64,000 nt of DNA, taken from NCBI GenBank assembly GCA_008501705.1, contig QQUG01000022.1, positions 922 to 64,921 of the forward strand. The letters are read 5' to 3'. This stretch comes from Flavobacterium sp. GTDB taxonomy: Bacteria; Bacteroidota; Bacteroidia; Flavobacteriales; Flavobacteriaceae. Shown here piece by piece: positions 62,901-64,000 of this stretch (the stretch's first letter is position 1; each line of letters starts with the position of its first letter). The position numbers and the translations under genes are program-made. A model generated the notes under the pieces. That model was not told the origin of the DNA. It did not search any database and worked only from the letters and a program-made list of their open reading frames with translations.

Positions 62901-64000
62901 TCAATGTTTTTTAATTCGTAATCTTGTGGCTACCTCGTCGAAAGCAATTTCCGTTCCATTTACTACCTCGCTTTCAAACTGTAGTACTTCTGTTAGGGTT
63001 TCTTGTTTTATATAGTCAAGATTTTCGGCTACAGCAGGTTGTAATTCTGCATCATTCTGAATGGTAATATCCACCCTGTCAGTAACTTCAAAACCTGAAT
63101 CTTTTCTTAAATTCTGAATACGGTTCACCAATTCCCTGGCGATTCCTTCCTTCTTCAGTTTGGGAGTGATGGTAACATCTAATGCAACCGTGATCCCATC
63201 TGCATTTGCAACCAACCAACCCTCGATATCCTGCGAGCTGATAAGCACATCATCAATTGTTAATGTAGTGTTTTTTTCGTTAATTAACACTGATATTTCG
63301 CCATCTTTTTCAAGCTGTGAAATTTCTTCCTGACCAAAATTCATAATCACCTGAGCCACAGCTTTCATGTCTTTTCCAAAATGCGGACCCAGTTTCTTAA
63401 AGTTCGGCTTTATCTGCTTTACCAGTATGCCGGAACCTTCATCGATTAATTCGATCTCTTTTACGTTCACTTCAGATTTTATAAGATCCGAAACCGCTTC
63501 TATGGCGTGTTTATCCGAATCATCCAATACGGGGATCATGATCTTCTGAAGTGGCTGGCGAACCTTGATCTTCTCGCGCTGTCTCAACGATAAAACTAAC
63601 GAACTTATTGTTTGAGCACGATGCATCTTCTCTTCCAGTTCCTTGTCCACATAAGACGCATCGGCCACCGGAAAGTTACTCAAATGCACCGATTCCTTAC
63701 CTTTTTTCACCACACCTGCTGTGAGGTCTTTATACATGCGGTCCATGAAGAACGGCGCTATTGGGGCACCCAGACGTGTCACCACCTCCAGACAACTGTA
63801 TAAGGTCTGGTAGGCCGAGATCTTATCCTCACCATAACTACCCTTCCAATAACGTCTTCTGCTAAGACGTACAAACCAATTGCTTAAATTTTCCTGAACA
63901 AAGAGCGAAATTGCTCTGGCTGCCCTGGTTGGCTCATATTCGGCATAGGCTTCGTCTACCTTTTTAATAAGGGTATGAAGTTCAGAAAGGATCCAGCGGT
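62901..64000 (-). CDS. ileS: Isoleucine--tRNA ligase, C-terminal part (runs off the window end)
   Basis: The frame extends past the track ORF: RWILSELHTL...LSNWFVRLSRRRYWK...APIAPFF...ESVHL...KIKVRQPL...SEVNVK...EGIARELVNRIQNLRK. Confidence 0.95.
   Translation of the reverse strand, partial: RWILSELHTLIKKVDEAYAEYEPTRAARAISLFVQENLSNWFVRLSRRRYWKGSYGEDKISAYQTLYSCLEVVTRLGAPIAPFFMDRMYKDLTAGVVKKGKESVHLSNFPVADASYVDKELEEKMHRAQTISSLVLSLRQREKIKVRQPLQKIMIPVLDDSDKHAIEAVSDLIKSEVNVKEIELIDEGSGILVKQIKPNFKKLGPHFGKDMKAVAQVIMNFGQEEISQLEKDGEISVLINEKNTTLTIDDVLISSQDIEGWLVANADGITVALDVTITPKLKKEGIARELVNRIQNLRKDSGFEVTDRVDITIQNDAELQPAVAENLDYIKQETLTEVLQFESEVVNGTEIAFDEVATRLRIKKH

Noticed and set aside
1-64000. tRNA, rRNA, IS/transposase, integron or defence-system genes
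   Set aside because: Intergenic gaps are short and showed no cloverleaf or terminal-inverted-repeat structures; no ORF carries transposase, integrase or known defence motifs that I could recognise.

Overview
A 64-kb chromosomal stretch from a Bacteroidota bacterium, most likely a marine Flavobacteriaceae member. This is inferred from T9SS C-terminal sorting domains, PorP/SprF and PorE-like genes, TAnnTTTG -7 promoter elements, and lipoproteins with acidic residues after the lipobox Cys. I found no tRNA, rRNA, CRISPR array, IS or prophage. Housekeeping genes include pepP, brnQ, thiL, a full suf Fe-S cluster locus, HMG-CoA synthase, hflX, kynA/hppD/hmgA, uvrC, a rimK-like ligase, ygfA, dksA and a partial ileS. 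Three accessory surface/secretion modules stand out. (1) 7.8-18.8 kb: five tandem choice-of-anchor-B (LVIVD-like propeller) paralogs, one lipoprotein and four T9SS type-A substrates. All five share five invariant His residues, and they run with 10-28 bp gaps into a 7-repeat propeller lipoprotein and an MbnP/MbnH(MauG)-like pair. I propose this as a candidate undescribed surface metallo-/quino-enzyme system with its own maturation machinery. (2) 31.3-38.3 kb: a T9SS type-B cassette of two substrates, PorP/SprF and a PorE-like OmpA protein. (3) 38.4-47.5 kb: a SusD-less locus with a TonB receptor, a DUF5689 lipoprotein, a cupin, a secreted EEP nuclease and a second related TonB receptor, a candidate extracellular nucleic-acid utilization system. 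All functional calls come from motif recognition by eye; no database searches were run.
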